IMG/VR virus record: IMGVR_UViG_2846430886_000002
Span: 4,988 to 68,987 of that record
Source: a virus
Length of the DNA: 64,000 bases
Strand: one strand, 5' to 3'
The notes beneath the pieces are model-generated. The model was given only the letters and a program-made list of their open reading frames with translations, was not told where the DNA came from and did not search any database. Below are positions 20,801 to 27,618 of this stretch, one piece after another. Numbering within the stretch: the stretch's first letter is position 1; each line of letters starts with the position of its first letter. Made by a program: the position numbers and the translations under genes.

Positions 20801-23800
20801 CTCCGGTCTTGCTGGACACAGCACTTGCCTTTCTGAAGGAGGCGCACCCTGAATTTCATGCGGAACTCATGGAGTATCAGGAAAGTCCGATCGAAAGCGG
20901 AAGGCATGTACCTGTCCGTCTCTTTTGTCCGCGCTTACAGGAAAACATGGGAAAGAAAGAGGCCAGCAAGTGGCTTCTGTCCCAGGGGATCAAGGGCCTG
21001 CGCTATTATAACGGAGAACGGATTCCAGGAAAGAAGTACGACTACGTGATTTTTGACGCGGATGACATCAAGATCACCGGCGTGCGTGATGCCTCTAGTG
21101 ACTGGAAGGATTTTGTTCCCTATCATGATTCTTCCGCTTCATTCAGCGTCATTGGTCCCCGCTCCCGGACGTGGGGGAATTATGAGGACCGCTCTTTCGT
21201 CGGCAGGGACGACGGCAAAATGCGGGTGGAGATTGACGCGTCGCAGGCACGGCTGGACATGGGAAGCATCTATGAGCGGGATTACTCGGAGCTGGATGAC
21301 ATGACGGGCCTGTTTACCGCTACGTCTGACATCAAGCCGCTGATCGGCACAAGGGCCGCCCGTTTTTACAGTGAAGCGCGGGAGGTCAGTCAGGCCTACC
21401 GTGCCGGGAAAATAAGTGATGATGAGTTGAATGACCGCTACCGCCAGCTTCTCCATCAATGGGGCTTTCAGCAGGAGGCGACTTTGGTTGGTTCTGATGA
21501 ATTCCTCAACGCCCTCCAGGAGGTAGTAACTCCGGTTATTCAGGCTGTCCGTGATGTATGGGACTTTTTCATCAAACATCCTTTGACGGCGAATGCCGCC
21601 TATGTGATCGACAGGAACCGGGAAATGCGGAGCGCCGCTTTCAACAACCTGATTTTTTTCATGGCGACCGGAGATTTCCGTTTCATTCATGCCATTTTTC
21701 CGAAAGCGGGGCCTTACAAGACGTGGATGCTTGGTGAAGTGCTGGACTATCCGGAGCTTTTTGAGGTCTACCCTGTCCTGAAGGGGATCAAGGTAGACTT
21801 CCGGGATATGCAGATGGACGAAGTAATGGGTGAATTCAACTCTTTTGAAAACCGTCTTTCCCTCTCTATTTACGCGCTGGAGAATAAATCTGCGGATGAT
21901 ATTAGGTCGTATTTTCTTCATGAGGTCCAACATGCCATTCAGGATATTGAGGGGTTTGCCGTAGGCGGCAATTTATTTTTTGGGGCGCAGATTTTCTTTG
22001 AAAAGCTTGACAAGACAAGGAGTGTGTTGAATCTCTATCTGGTTCATTTAAGATCCGGGATAGATCACCTGGAAGAGGCGTTCAGAATAGCCAGTGACCC
22101 GGTAAAACGGGCGGAGGGTACGCTTCTTTACAAGCAGTATCTCCTTGAGGGGAGGGCGATGACTGACGAGAGGAAACGCAGTCTGGCCGCTCATTTTCTG
22201 GAGAACTCCCTGTCCAGGGCACGGGAAGATCTGAATGAGGATATGCCGGAAGGGGTACCGTCCTCTCTGCGTTTCCCTGTGGAGCAAATTACCTTGCCGA
22301 CGGCGCAGGAAGCCATGAAGGACAAGGGGGAGTCCCTGCACAAGGCGATTGTCCAGGCGGAGGCTCTTCTGGACCCGCTTTATTTCGCGTCTCTGAAAGC
22401 GGAAGAGCGGTACATGGAGAGGACGCAGCAGTTTAAGGAAATAGGGGGAAACGTCGGCGCCTATCTGCGGCTGGCCGGGGAGATTGAGTCCCGCAATGTG
22501 GAGCACCGCAAGGACTGGTCGGCGGAGCACCGCGCCGCAGAGCCATTCAACGACACGTTGGAATTTCCGGGGGAGGCTCTGGTGTCTTTCTCTCTGGGGG
22601 ATGGGCACTCTCCAGCTTCCGAATCTCACTCTCTGCCGGGCAGCTCTCCTTTACAGGATGTCTCTCAAAATGCCTCACAAGATTCACAAAATTCACAAGA
22701 TTCTTTACAAAATGAAAGCAAAAACGAACAATCCATTCATGTCTCATCAGGATGCGCCAGCTTCACCGAACGTTCCCTTCTCCCCCGATCTGGAGAAGGC
22801 TATCCGGGACGCGGCCACCCGGATGAATCAGCCGGAAGAGAAAATCCGGGAGCTGGCCAAGGGCTACAAGCCGGAGACAATCAGGCAGGCTCTGATCTCT
22901 CTGGAGGAGGACCCCGTAGAGAAACAGACTCTGCTCATACTGGACAATTTGCTCCGGCAGTGGGGCTGCTGGGAGTAAAGGCTTATTCTCTTTCTCCCCA
23001 TCTCGCAGAGCTGGCCTCCCGACACGATTTTTATGCCGGAGACATTGTGGAGGTGGAACCCTCTGCGGAGGGGGCGGCCCATTTCCGCCGCTGTCTGGAG
23101 GAAGCCAAGGCCAGCCAGGTCCCCTACGGAGAGTGTGTCTATACTTACGACGCGGAGGAGTATGAGCACATGCGCCTGTTCCTGCTGCCGAACGGAAAAG
23201 CTGGGTTCGCGCTGAAGGATGGGGATATGGTATCCGTCTTTTCCCACAAGCAGCACGGCTGTGAAGGCAGGCCCTCCTATACTATCATTGCCCTGGCGGT
23301 ACAGATGGGAGCAAGCAAGTGTGACTGCTATGGAACGATCTTGCCGAATTTGTACGCGAAGTTCGGCTTCCGGGCGGTGGCGCGGGACCGGTTCAATGCA
23401 GAATTTTCACCAGAATCCATGCAGGAGCCGGGTCACATGGAGCTCTGGTACAGCAAGCAGGGCGGCAAGCCGGACGTGGTGTATATGGCCTACGAAGGGA
23501 ACCGGGAACGCGTTATGGAGGAGTTCGATCCGGAGGTGAAGAGCGATTTTAAATCACTGCCTTATTCGGATTTTGACGCCTGTCTGGAGATTCAGTCCCG
23601 TGCCGTCGAGGCCCGGCGGGACAGGGAGGCGGCAGATTCCATGTCTTTGCCTGATGGGGGAGCTTCCTTGCCTTTACCGGATTCCGCTTTTTATTCGGAT
23701 TCCTCCTTTTCCCTGACTTCCATCCAGAAGGTTGTTTCTTCTCTGACGGCTCCGTCCATGAAGGCTACGCGCGCGGCGGAGCTGGTCAAGGACTGCGACA

Positions 23801-26800
23801 AGGCGGCGGAGAACTGGCGGAGGATCATGTCAGGCAAGGCGGAAAGGCCCTCCGCGCGGGTAGGCGCGGAGCTCTTCGGCATGGTGGGATCGTTTTTATC
23901 CGCTGCCCGTTATGTGCTGCCGCAGGGCTACCGGTCAAATGTGGACATGCAGATGCAATGGGCCTCCGTTTATGCGGCCATGGCGGAGTCCGGGGAAATC
24001 CCTCCCAAGGGAACGCTGCGCTCCGGGGAGGCCATTTATAAAAAGTTCGAGGAGAGTATGATCAACAACACCACGACGGCGGCGAATGCGGAGGAAGTCA
24101 GGGACATTCTGGCGGCCATCGGCAGCCAGCGTCTGGACCGGGTGATGGGAAAAATCCTGGACCGGGTGCGCGGCCAGCTCATCCGCTTTGCCAAAGATGA
24201 ACTATACCTGAACACGATGGAGCGTGTGGAGGTAATCTACCCGAAGAAGGAAATCGGTAAAAAGTCTCCCCGTGGGCGCATGGAGGCGCAGGCGTACCGC
24301 GCCGTGGCCCGCTACCGGGAGATGCTGGGGGCTACGGCGGAGGTAAAGGCGGAGGCTATGGAAACCCTGGAAGCCAAGTACAACACGGAAGAAGATGAGG
24401 AGAAGCGGCAGAAGCATGAACAGGATATTCTGGCCTGGAAAACGTACGGGGACTATGCGGGCATGAGTCTGGTGCAGGCGCAGCAGGCCATGGAAAAGCT
24501 TTTGGAATTTATCATGGCGGGGCGTAATTCCTGGGCAGACAAGTTGAGGAAGGAGGGAGGGCGCAATAAATACGCGGCGCGGCAAATCCAGAAGAATCTG
24601 CCAGCTGTGAATTCGGGGTCCAGTCGGGCCGGAGCAAAAATTGAACATCGTACCAAACTGCGCAAGCTACTGGCCTCTCTCCCGTACAGCTTTATGAATT
24701 ATGTCCAGCTCATGCTGGCTCTGGAGCCGGTACTGGGGCAGCGTTTCTCCCGTGCCCGGATCAAGGAAATCTCGGACGCGAATGCCGCCCTTCTCAATGC
24801 CTCCAATGACCGTTCCGCCTGGCTGTTTGATACGATCTGCCGTATAACCGGGGTGAAGTCGGAGAGTGAGGCGGAGCAGTGGATGGTGGAGTTCAACACG
24901 CCGGAAAAAACGGACATTCCCATAGCTCCGGTTATGCCTGTGAGGGTAACTCTGCCTATTGAGGAAGCGAAGGAATGGTTCTCTCTGTCCAGGGGGGAAC
25001 GGGATGCCCGGAGGAAGGAAATCAGGGAGGAGGACAGGCGTATGGAAACCGTGACGGAAAACGTGCCGGAAGAGGAGGACATTCTTCTGCTGCGGCAGGC
25101 TCTGGATGAATACGAGGAGAAGTCGCCGGAACAGCAGCAGTATCAGAAGAATCTTACTTCCTTGAGAGAAATCCCCAATGAGGATGCCTCCGGCATTCTC
25201 ACTTGTTCCCGTGATTGTGCCCTGTACGCCATCCTGCTGCATGAACAGCCGGACTATGCGGACATGTACGACGAGGAGGGCAATATGATCCGCAAGGGGT
25301 TCCTGCGCCGGGAGGGGCTGGATGACGCGGGCATTGACGCTCTTTATGATTTCGTCGCTCAGGATGGCCTGGAGTACGGGTATGCTCTCCGAAAGAGGCT
25401 CCAGGAAACGGGCAAGACGCTGGCGAAGGTATATGAGGAAAGGATGGGCGTACCTTTTACCTTCAAGGAGAATTATTTCCGCGCTACATTTGACCGGAAC
25501 TCAACGAAGGAAAAGGACGCGCTGACGGAACCGAAAACGGGGTCCATCGGCGGGGGCAAGTACGGGCTGCTGATCGACCGGGTGATCCATTCCGAGAATC
25601 TGGACTTTTCCAAATCGGGGACGCTGGTCTTTCTGGCGGCGGCGGCGGAACAGGATAATTACATTTACACGTCCCATATTACGACCGCATGGCGGGCCTT
25701 GCTGAAAAACAAGGTGCTGGAACAAAAGCTGAAACAGCACTTGGGAGAGGACATGATGGGCAAGCTTTCCTCATGGGTGGACTTGATCGACGGGGCAAGC
25801 CTGGAAAACAACCGGGCCTTTCTGAACCTGTCCCGGATGCAGGGGATGCTCCAAAAGGCTTTTGCGGTTTCCGTGCTCGCGGGAAACGGGTATGTGCTGT
25901 TGAAGCAGTCCTCGGCGATTCTGCACGGGTTCTTCGCCGGGTGGATCCCCTCCGCCGTTCTTGAGAGGGCGGACGGTACGCGGGAGCTGGCCCACAGGCA
26001 TATTTCCTTCTCTGATTATCTTTTCCACCTGGCGGCCTCAAAAATGGGGCTGGGCGACATCGGCCTGAAGGAGGTGATGGAGACGCCGTACTTCCAGGCC
26101 CGCGTGAGGGGCAAAGGGGCCATGCTGGCCCAGATAGGGAACCAGATGCCGGGGCAGCGGTACTCCCGCATGGAAAAGCTGCCGGAAAAGGCCATGGACC
26201 TGATCGAATGGGTGGATGTGAAGGCGAACCTGCTGGCGATGCACGCGCTGGCGAATGCCTATTATGTGAAGGCGAAAGCTCTCAATGAAGACAGCGGCTC
26301 TCCGTTCACGGACGCGCAGCTCCGGGAGTCCGCGCTGGAACAGGTGGGCATATCTCTGGAGCTGGGGGCGCAGCCGCTGACCAAGACGCAAAAGAGTATG
26401 AACCAGGCGGCGGGGGGCATACTGTCCAAGCTGGCCTTTGTGATGAAGTCCGAGCAGCTTAACAAGCTGGGCATGATGGCGGCGGAGTGGAAGACGGGCT
26501 CCGCCCGGAACCGTGTCTGCGCGGCGCAGAGCTGGCTGGCCCTGGGCGTCATGTCCTCTCTGCTGGCGTGGCTGATCGCCTGGATAAAGGGGCTGGATGA
26601 TGACGATGACAAGGAGAAGAAGTGGAGGAAGTATGGCACTACTGCTCTGCTGGGGGACCTGACGACTATTCCCCTGGCCGGGGAGGGCGTGAACTACCTG
26701 GTAAGCCTGATTACGGAGGAACGTGTCTTTGCGGATTCCTACGCGCGTACTCTCATTGACGTGCAGGGGATCGCCCGCACGGTTAAAAAAGAGTATGAGC

Positions 26801-27084
26801 ATGTGGCCGACAAGAAGGAAATGGACTGGGACACCCATTTCAACAACTTGACGGCCCTGATCCGCGCGGCGGGTGTGGGCGGGGCCTTCTCCCGCAGCAG
26901 CTCTGCTGTGGTGTCCAGCTATGGGGCGCTATCCCTGTCCGCCGCCACCGGAGCGAACATCTCCCGGACGAGCAAGGACCTGCTCTCCGCTCTTTTCCGG
27001 GACGAGGATGAGGAGGAGCGGAAGAAGAAAAAGAAGGGGAAACGGAAAAAGGAAAAGAAGAAGTCCAAATCGTCAAGTGACTAA
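8821..27084 (+). CDS. Giant polyvalent ejection protein (6087 aa): ParB-like, 3x ART-PolyVal, further ART-like modules, 2x LPD23/zincin HExxH, methyltransferase, GNAT-like, gp16-like termini
   Basis: ParB VVSGRHRL (~12680). Three KAP.G...QW.QV...AF..WFG...GEP.VVYHG...QIKSAT.N.G.F modules. HEIQH (18064) and HEVQH (21919) each followed by LAGEIE.RNV. IDQGSG/YDPF/DVLNLI/YEGDGSG methyltransferase. DCYGTILPNLYAKFGF GNAT-like motif. Confidence 0.9.
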   Translation: MLSLKLADAWKDFTPPSSPDVSGKKEGGNTVQDSEEFAAPDTDSKTVFEAAPSPTTGSSLYAANPEDFKGMEVQKGSLVSEFPGQAATPLSPAWPRSIFDRPLTPSLIPSSTQPVPVWQPDPQRVDELHALILHGKNDPELDVLLERNPAYRAQAALDDGSVPARALLGQQILREVAGEKYEKEPGFYFLALKEKLPEAATRQEAYAAVYDHYSKAVEKQYEENKARKAAYQKNRVQVDEAVAHVVGGLWSPAELGVRLTPEQTDVYLKEFDTGAVEKAHAAFSLLKDVFSGTPEEGLRRMVSERTAMKITSALSDDDGKGKLTINETAFNLFEGSLRKLMGSVKEQSGDEWKFLHNVELALFNPVSKKNATLGTLLQINSQQNRLVPFAYEHNDKVLEKLEETVREYRTYIKNDRENARVLGLLSTGQDMGNQSNDRASFAAKTVNCLGSVCGQTAPFFVPYAGWGVALAGAYDDKRNRAYYEGLEPGTAEWSAFVDAAASVAVEKISYGALGRLSGAGWVMGKLPFMNKTRKALTDSLWKHVLFEAGAGIVEETFVEPTAEAIIQWAVRSNIAPLAGVNVGGSYDWSNYWNELKGMMEPDQLLATALFVGGLAGGTAGANSLIMQRSLVVNSRSPEMLRMQGIPEDEAKRISLITDNGERVAAVREAVSKLKALPPEEVEKNAGEGVKAFRSLAEVRATVESEAYKFFQQEMRLPLVEEKLDKPGMYNVTVFDVDSGQKKFTQEMAESQLGSLFGNYFNEDKRVQITEAQSAFAANAFLREAEKKKVVQSQDMLQMGKTTGEGQRTGEGQRTEEDKGTEGNGKVEEHPAGEAENDFSPESDSSGSPVPAIPATVTREGEDSSAPLEDDSAVSMDGSAATENLSVLGKFIRTVGGLSQTGFSYLTRVALDEWNRRLDSGMSGEQAYAAPFAPLSPYAPLGSMLGLEKAFKERLKIAARTTGEEGAKQTGLFQMGTAPGTTPADILFLVSKGLVGTREMLEDLFEVGIRNLVKGDRARLEAMGELLRETQAGLQKLGFQGQFISPTGPLDEMKVVEGMSKLALSDTLANAESLPLPQWQKDLLQYHVSYLKDANYLLNLGKAWNLGREKGTITQGMEDILRDLGHRVHTIYDQARIEQQDIQAVMEARAIVFGKGGSSGFAGGPTTSQIRERQQRDEEEEKAHVTTGDRSKERTVPKEALQHPETVALPEAPDSMQGVFVNGASYNPEAGTWIGMVPVDRLHLSPDVPQVKVNSGKKGVVNPLVGDYRADAPPVYVWKRRNGKLEVVSGRHRLDLAQRTGTKAMAAYVYEEDDIHNTQWARLLDYEQNMQDDQADELTAAIYVRETGLTDDELTRRGLTRAGTKSRRGLLIGREAREDLWTRFRSGAIKAQDAEAICLLTRHIQDKGRIDAMQMAAANDLAGGKPLEFVAAKIQLMAHASADGGMVQGLISFGESFEQDMERAAEYVARSIGTINEHINAIKGVRSISRKGNVLSSEGITAGLSEDPAERLKELELLKTMHEKIGLYENLRVRALTWDGKTPPDPIGDHRLDMLAERARAEADAAALEDEENRKAAEKLTSELGFSLTLSRDLETVFPDLWRQAEKELNVKGRVSFSLNGSRVSIHSFSGKNFREALEKGEMLFPVNRVADFSSGLVLAGEIACVLHPESVDGSGKRVSLFDFSGFIIPSSQEESLLPALLERGVPVRVYHVTEEEAAFLGGPRNMEKDDLRKKKELNQRRNNVIRSFLEERDVSFSLSAAERRTAVRARREGTWMKAPDGTPTALTERQWLQVHSEAFREWFGESKIVNDHGEPVVVYHGTARADRVGTVFRGDRATSGPMAFFTDHENIASNYARDKGDTSIVYEAEDYYDYHQQFRLTLPSGQDIPLERYWYYLSPAEQRRISSLAGQIREDWDGDNSIIVDQAINDANGGFPYHLQEARGNAFRALVYHWLESAILLNEEHRFLDVLEKLDLPLSPYYRNPNHQEPKVYACYMRMENPFRTPRITKKMIASLKAASKKAGTPRESWRTDLWDKNNISPEDWIERLEGDYENKTTHAWASIPDWVTAWLRKKGYDGIIDQGGKFHSEDHTVCIPFDSVQIKSATDNNGDFSNFNRDITFSLSNLAAVHSLAAEKLAAAEKLGGLPLPSLAVTRLDKPYTWGDDDNVYLVGSPALADPARGVEIYDRDMWSGHFPELRWNRREEEEREEFYRRAQDAALRYYGSTDVSPLRFLKDALDGDHRGVLESKLRNNDLSLAVFAGERGYAPRPLMQKIPGRLDTGDRIFYSEIRKMRQDKHARFLTVNRQEEFCAAMERAIERYRSQFVQDSQGGKLNVPQTLIRKANLSEMEKELKEAREDYFETISVQALIDADQSGKTVPNWEANYKRFEKYAATHKKAFDAWVKDKMDRWLNPVPRIKENGFPATLENITRYMLGSKGNGAEYKGSFFPTGLLRAKKSRRFHSLDQIRENRDILVTSDEYEASQEEAQGLIQKFQETLFEIVNDFSAYNKAVEALSLIEGEPTPSKVLSALSRFYRGSSFRSRMARNSGNLLGLGAAALHAMKSELRDYYEAVPQRAVQLQEFSHAVMPASLRKNKQIRDILKRNGIRPLYHDGTLEGRTRAMASLINSSASFSLTPGRTSEASSESSWLRFPTADFMASLSEEERAISKKALASGTWLKAPNGEASLLTPRQWVQVRTAAFKSWFGDWLDDPGHASRVVDENGEPRVVYHGTRGDGFTVFDRKKIGANWGFGYYGKGFYFTDNRSAAYHYGHNEITCFLNIRNPYLSLRYNHEGEKRFTSNLKKKKHDGVIGENALRDVYHWHVADGYEYVAFNESQIKSATENVGTFDPDSPDITFSVIGLRAEKWKRYKKKAFTGRDDGMLRAEIDASQAVLKDRSAPYLEPLRRELADLRESLADETKKRIVRFLDLHRKFYQAERTIEAEDHPDLWREYLSFDREREEWSRLLTNVFLHTGLYHTRPNAAAVQAQMISSLRFMLREDEGEIRALASRGADNTVMTLGEWLDYPELFAAYPKLRSMPVIFRYLEEGVLGRFSPAEWTVYIDRSTSDPQKIRSTLLHEIQHAIQQIEGFAKGGTPEAARQFYEFMRREAKEAYEQSDRFVSWLNARDGMISMLEYMLSLARNPHRVLRSSYLYSYDNVLRRLEGEERILDMVRYALEDMSGLLEKFYDEDWNHDARFDLPWPGNYHLNTPSGIQECLEAARATPSRRLAYRRTPKPDLGALYRNFLKYEKLSRLSSHELYSRLAGEIEARNVQFRHDWSADFREDVPFNDSLEYPGESLVSFSLSLTENRPSEDFLSSLSEEERVLAERSWEDGTWLLAPNGEASRLTSRQWLQVRTAAFKRWFGDWEHDPLEASRVVDDNGEPLVVYHGARHAGFTVFDSSEGVSHSEAPPETAFFTNSSSVALSYSGTREEPDLLDPASLEGVYSPPGLYPCFLNIREPWAEEFDGALWDGTGQPLYEFYDNETEDFIFTPNGEEFWKSEEAIREYAEANGYTDYEICNMEGCRTTNTVVQRAMDMCLDGAIIYDVIDMGSRSREEVASNLYIAFRPEQIKSATQNRGTFDPRNPDISFSLAGSLAVQQATGNGDADKPSIRTFQTVQKKFDGWKKGAVNIDQGSGRRNEFTRALEQEGIVSYAYDPFKRHAAHEAPVLRELRRGALQGDTVTCNDVLNLIPDKTARCNVIHQAARSLKPDGTAFFSIYEGDGSGRGRIVKTLSGVGACWQENRKAEDFLREIRPFFEDVKLRDGLIVARSPRRTSPPAPWRQGREMEVLPQVKVAALQKEGYFPQGVLKTANAVLTEPGEDFPPLAEQDTSFSLTAEHASPSSFRKFKDEGKEEEKRVLIYGWGLYFTEDPLKSRAYEKDFRSSDDAKETFYLIDGERSSSSAFSPDEQDILDEIFTNGWDNINSYVERNRDVMDLYGVYRAALDKYRGKTVERVWESLPSSTVSSYRVELNVEEAELLTWEDDVPPVLLDTALAFLKEAHPEFHAELMEYQESPIESGRHVPVRLFCPRLQENMGKKEASKWLLSQGIKGLRYYNGERIPGKKYDYVIFDADDIKITGVRDASSDWKDFVPYHDSSASFSVIGPRSRTWGNYEDRSFVGRDDGKMRVEIDASQARLDMGSIYERDYSELDDMTGLFTATSDIKPLIGTRAARFYSEAREVSQAYRAGKISDDELNDRYRQLLHQWGFQQEATLVGSDEFLNALQEVVTPVIQAVRDVWDFFIKHPLTANAAYVIDRNREMRSAAFNNLIFFMATGDFRFIHAIFPKAGPYKTWMLGEVLDYPELFEVYPVLKGIKVDFRDMQMDEVMGEFNSFENRLSLSIYALENKSADDIRSYFLHEVQHAIQDIEGFAVGGNLFFGAQIFFEKLDKTRSVLNLYLVHLRSGIDHLEEAFRIASDPVKRAEGTLLYKQYLLEGRAMTDERKRSLAAHFLENSLSRAREDLNEDMPEGVPSSLRFPVEQITLPTAQEAMKDKGESLHKAIVQAEALLDPLYFASLKAEERYMERTQQFKEIGGNVGAYLRLAGEIESRNVEHRKDWSAEHRAAEPFNDTLEFPGEALVSFSLGDGHSPASESHSLPGSSPLQDVSQNASQDSQNSQDSLQNESKNEQSIHVSSGCASFTERSLLPRSGEGYPGRGHPDESAGRENPGAGQGLQAGDNQAGSDLSGGGPRRETDSAHTGQFAPAVGLLGVKAYSLSPHLAELASRHDFYAGDIVEVEPSAEGAAHFRRCLEEAKASQVPYGECVYTYDAEEYEHMRLFLLPNGKAGFALKDGDMVSVFSHKQHGCEGRPSYTIIALAVQMGASKCDCYGTILPNLYAKFGFRAVARDRFNAEFSPESMQEPGHMELWYSKQGGKPDVVYMAYEGNRERVMEEFDPEVKSDFKSLPYSDFDACLEIQSRAVEARRDREAADSMSLPDGGASLPLPDSAFYSDSSFSLTSIQKVVSSLTAPSMKATRAAELVKDCDKAAENWRRIMSGKAERPSARVGAELFGMVGSFLSAARYVLPQGYRSNVDMQMQWASVYAAMAESGEIPPKGTLRSGEAIYKKFEESMINNTTTAANAEEVRDILAAIGSQRLDRVMGKILDRVRGQLIRFAKDELYLNTMERVEVIYPKKEIGKKSPRGRMEAQAYRAVARYREMLGATAEVKAEAMETLEAKYNTEEDEEKRQKHEQDILAWKTYGDYAGMSLVQAQQAMEKLLEFIMAGRNSWADKLRKEGGRNKYAARQIQKNLPAVNSGSSRAGAKIEHRTKLRKLLASLPYSFMNYVQLMLALEPVLGQRFSRARIKEISDANAALLNASNDRSAWLFDTICRITGVKSESEAEQWMVEFNTPEKTDIPIAPVMPVRVTLPIEEAKEWFSLSRGERDARRKEIREEDRRMETVTENVPEEEDILLLRQALDEYEEKSPEQQQYQKNLTSLREIPNEDASGILTCSRDCALYAILLHEQPDYADMYDEEGNMIRKGFLRREGLDDAGIDALYDFVAQDGLEYGYALRKRLQETGKTLAKVYEERMGVPFTFKENYFRATFDRNSTKEKDALTEPKTGSIGGGKYGLLIDRVIHSENLDFSKSGTLVFLAAAAEQDNYIYTSHITTAWRALLKNKVLEQKLKQHLGEDMMGKLSSWVDLIDGASLENNRAFLNLSRMQGMLQKAFAVSVLAGNGYVLLKQSSAILHGFFAGWIPSAVLERADGTRELAHRHISFSDYLFHLAASKMGLGDIGLKEVMETPYFQARVRGKGAMLAQIGNQMPGQRYSRMEKLPEKAMDLIEWVDVKANLLAMHALANAYYVKAKALNEDSGSPFTDAQLRESALEQVGISLELGAQPLTKTQKSMNQAAGGILSKLAFVMKSEQLNKLGMMAAEWKTGSARNRVCAAQSWLALGVMSSLLAWLIAWIKGLDDDDDKEKKWRKYGTTALLGDLTTIPLAGEGVNYLVSLITEERVFADSYARTLIDVQGIARTVKKEYEHVADKKEMDWDTHFNNLTALIRAAGVGGAFSRSSSAVVSSYGALSLSAATGANISRTSKDLLSALFRDEDEEERKKKKKGKRKKEKKKSKSSSD
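22739..22978 (+). CDS. Putative overprinted 79-aa helical protein nested in the giant gene (+1 frame)
   Basis: MSHQDAPASPNVPFSPDLEKAIRDAATRMNQPEEKIRELAKGYKPETIRQALISLEEDPVEKQTLLILDNLLRQWGCWE. The host frame here is low-complexity. TTTACA-17-AACAAT lies 6 nt upstream. Confidence 0.55.
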   Translation: MSHQDAPASPNVPFSPDLEKAIRDAATRMNQPEEKIRELAKGYKPETIRQALISLEEDPVEKQTLLILDNLLRQWGCWE

Positions 27085-27111
27085 AAAACAAGGATTTTTG
27101 TGTCATATTTC

Positions 27112-27139
27112 TTGCATGAAAGAGAGTTTTTAGTACCAT
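27112..27139 (+). promoter_or_regulatory. Sigma70-like promoter, probably leaderless
   Basis: TTGCAT-16 bp-TACCAT, then 6 nt to ATG 27146. Confidence 0.4.
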
Positions 27140-27145
27140 TATTCC

Positions 27146-27565
27146 ATGGGAGTGCGGTCAACAAGTCTTTCCGAAAAGGACATCCTTTCTTCTTTTTCAG
27201 GAAGAAACGAGGGATGCTATGAGGCGGGATTGTATAGTCATATCCAGTTTGATGAAAATGGAAATCCTATTCCCATGGCATTTCCCTGTCAAAGAGATGA
27301 GTCCTGGAGGGATTGTTTATCCTCTTATTTAAGTGGGGACATGGTTCCTCATTGCAAAGCCGAAAGAGATTTCTCTATTTATTTCTTCCTTTCCCACCAT
27401 CCTCTTTTACAGTTCGCGCAGTCCTCTTATACGGAAGATACGCAGGAAGATATGGATGCCTTGGCAGAAGGCTTCAGCAACGCCATTGAGGAAAATGACG
27501 CCAAACTGGACAAGGAGGAATATCAGCGTCTTCTTGAAGAAGAAGCCCGCAATATGTGGTCTTAA
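27146..27565 (+). CDS. Acidic hypothetical protein (possible partner/antitoxin of the zeta-like kinase)
   Basis: 139-aa acidic ORF immediately upstream of the zeta-like gene. Confidence 0.55.
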   Translation: MGVRSTSLSEKDILSSFSGRNEGCYEAGLYSHIQFDENGNPIPMAFPCQRDESWRDCLSSYLSGDMVPHCKAERDFSIYFFLSHHPLLQFAQSSYTEDTQEDMDALAEGFSNAIEENDAKLDKEEYQRLLEEEARNMWS

Positions 27566-27618
27566 AAAAATCCTCCATGTATCCCTCCTGACTCTGCCAC
27601 TTCGCCTGTTGACAAAAG

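Noticed and set aside
6582..26838. Long minus-strand ORFs (e.g. 6582..8789, 9460..11121, 18823..20358)
   Set aside because: They lie antisense to well-supported genes in GC-rich DNA and carry no recognisable motifs.
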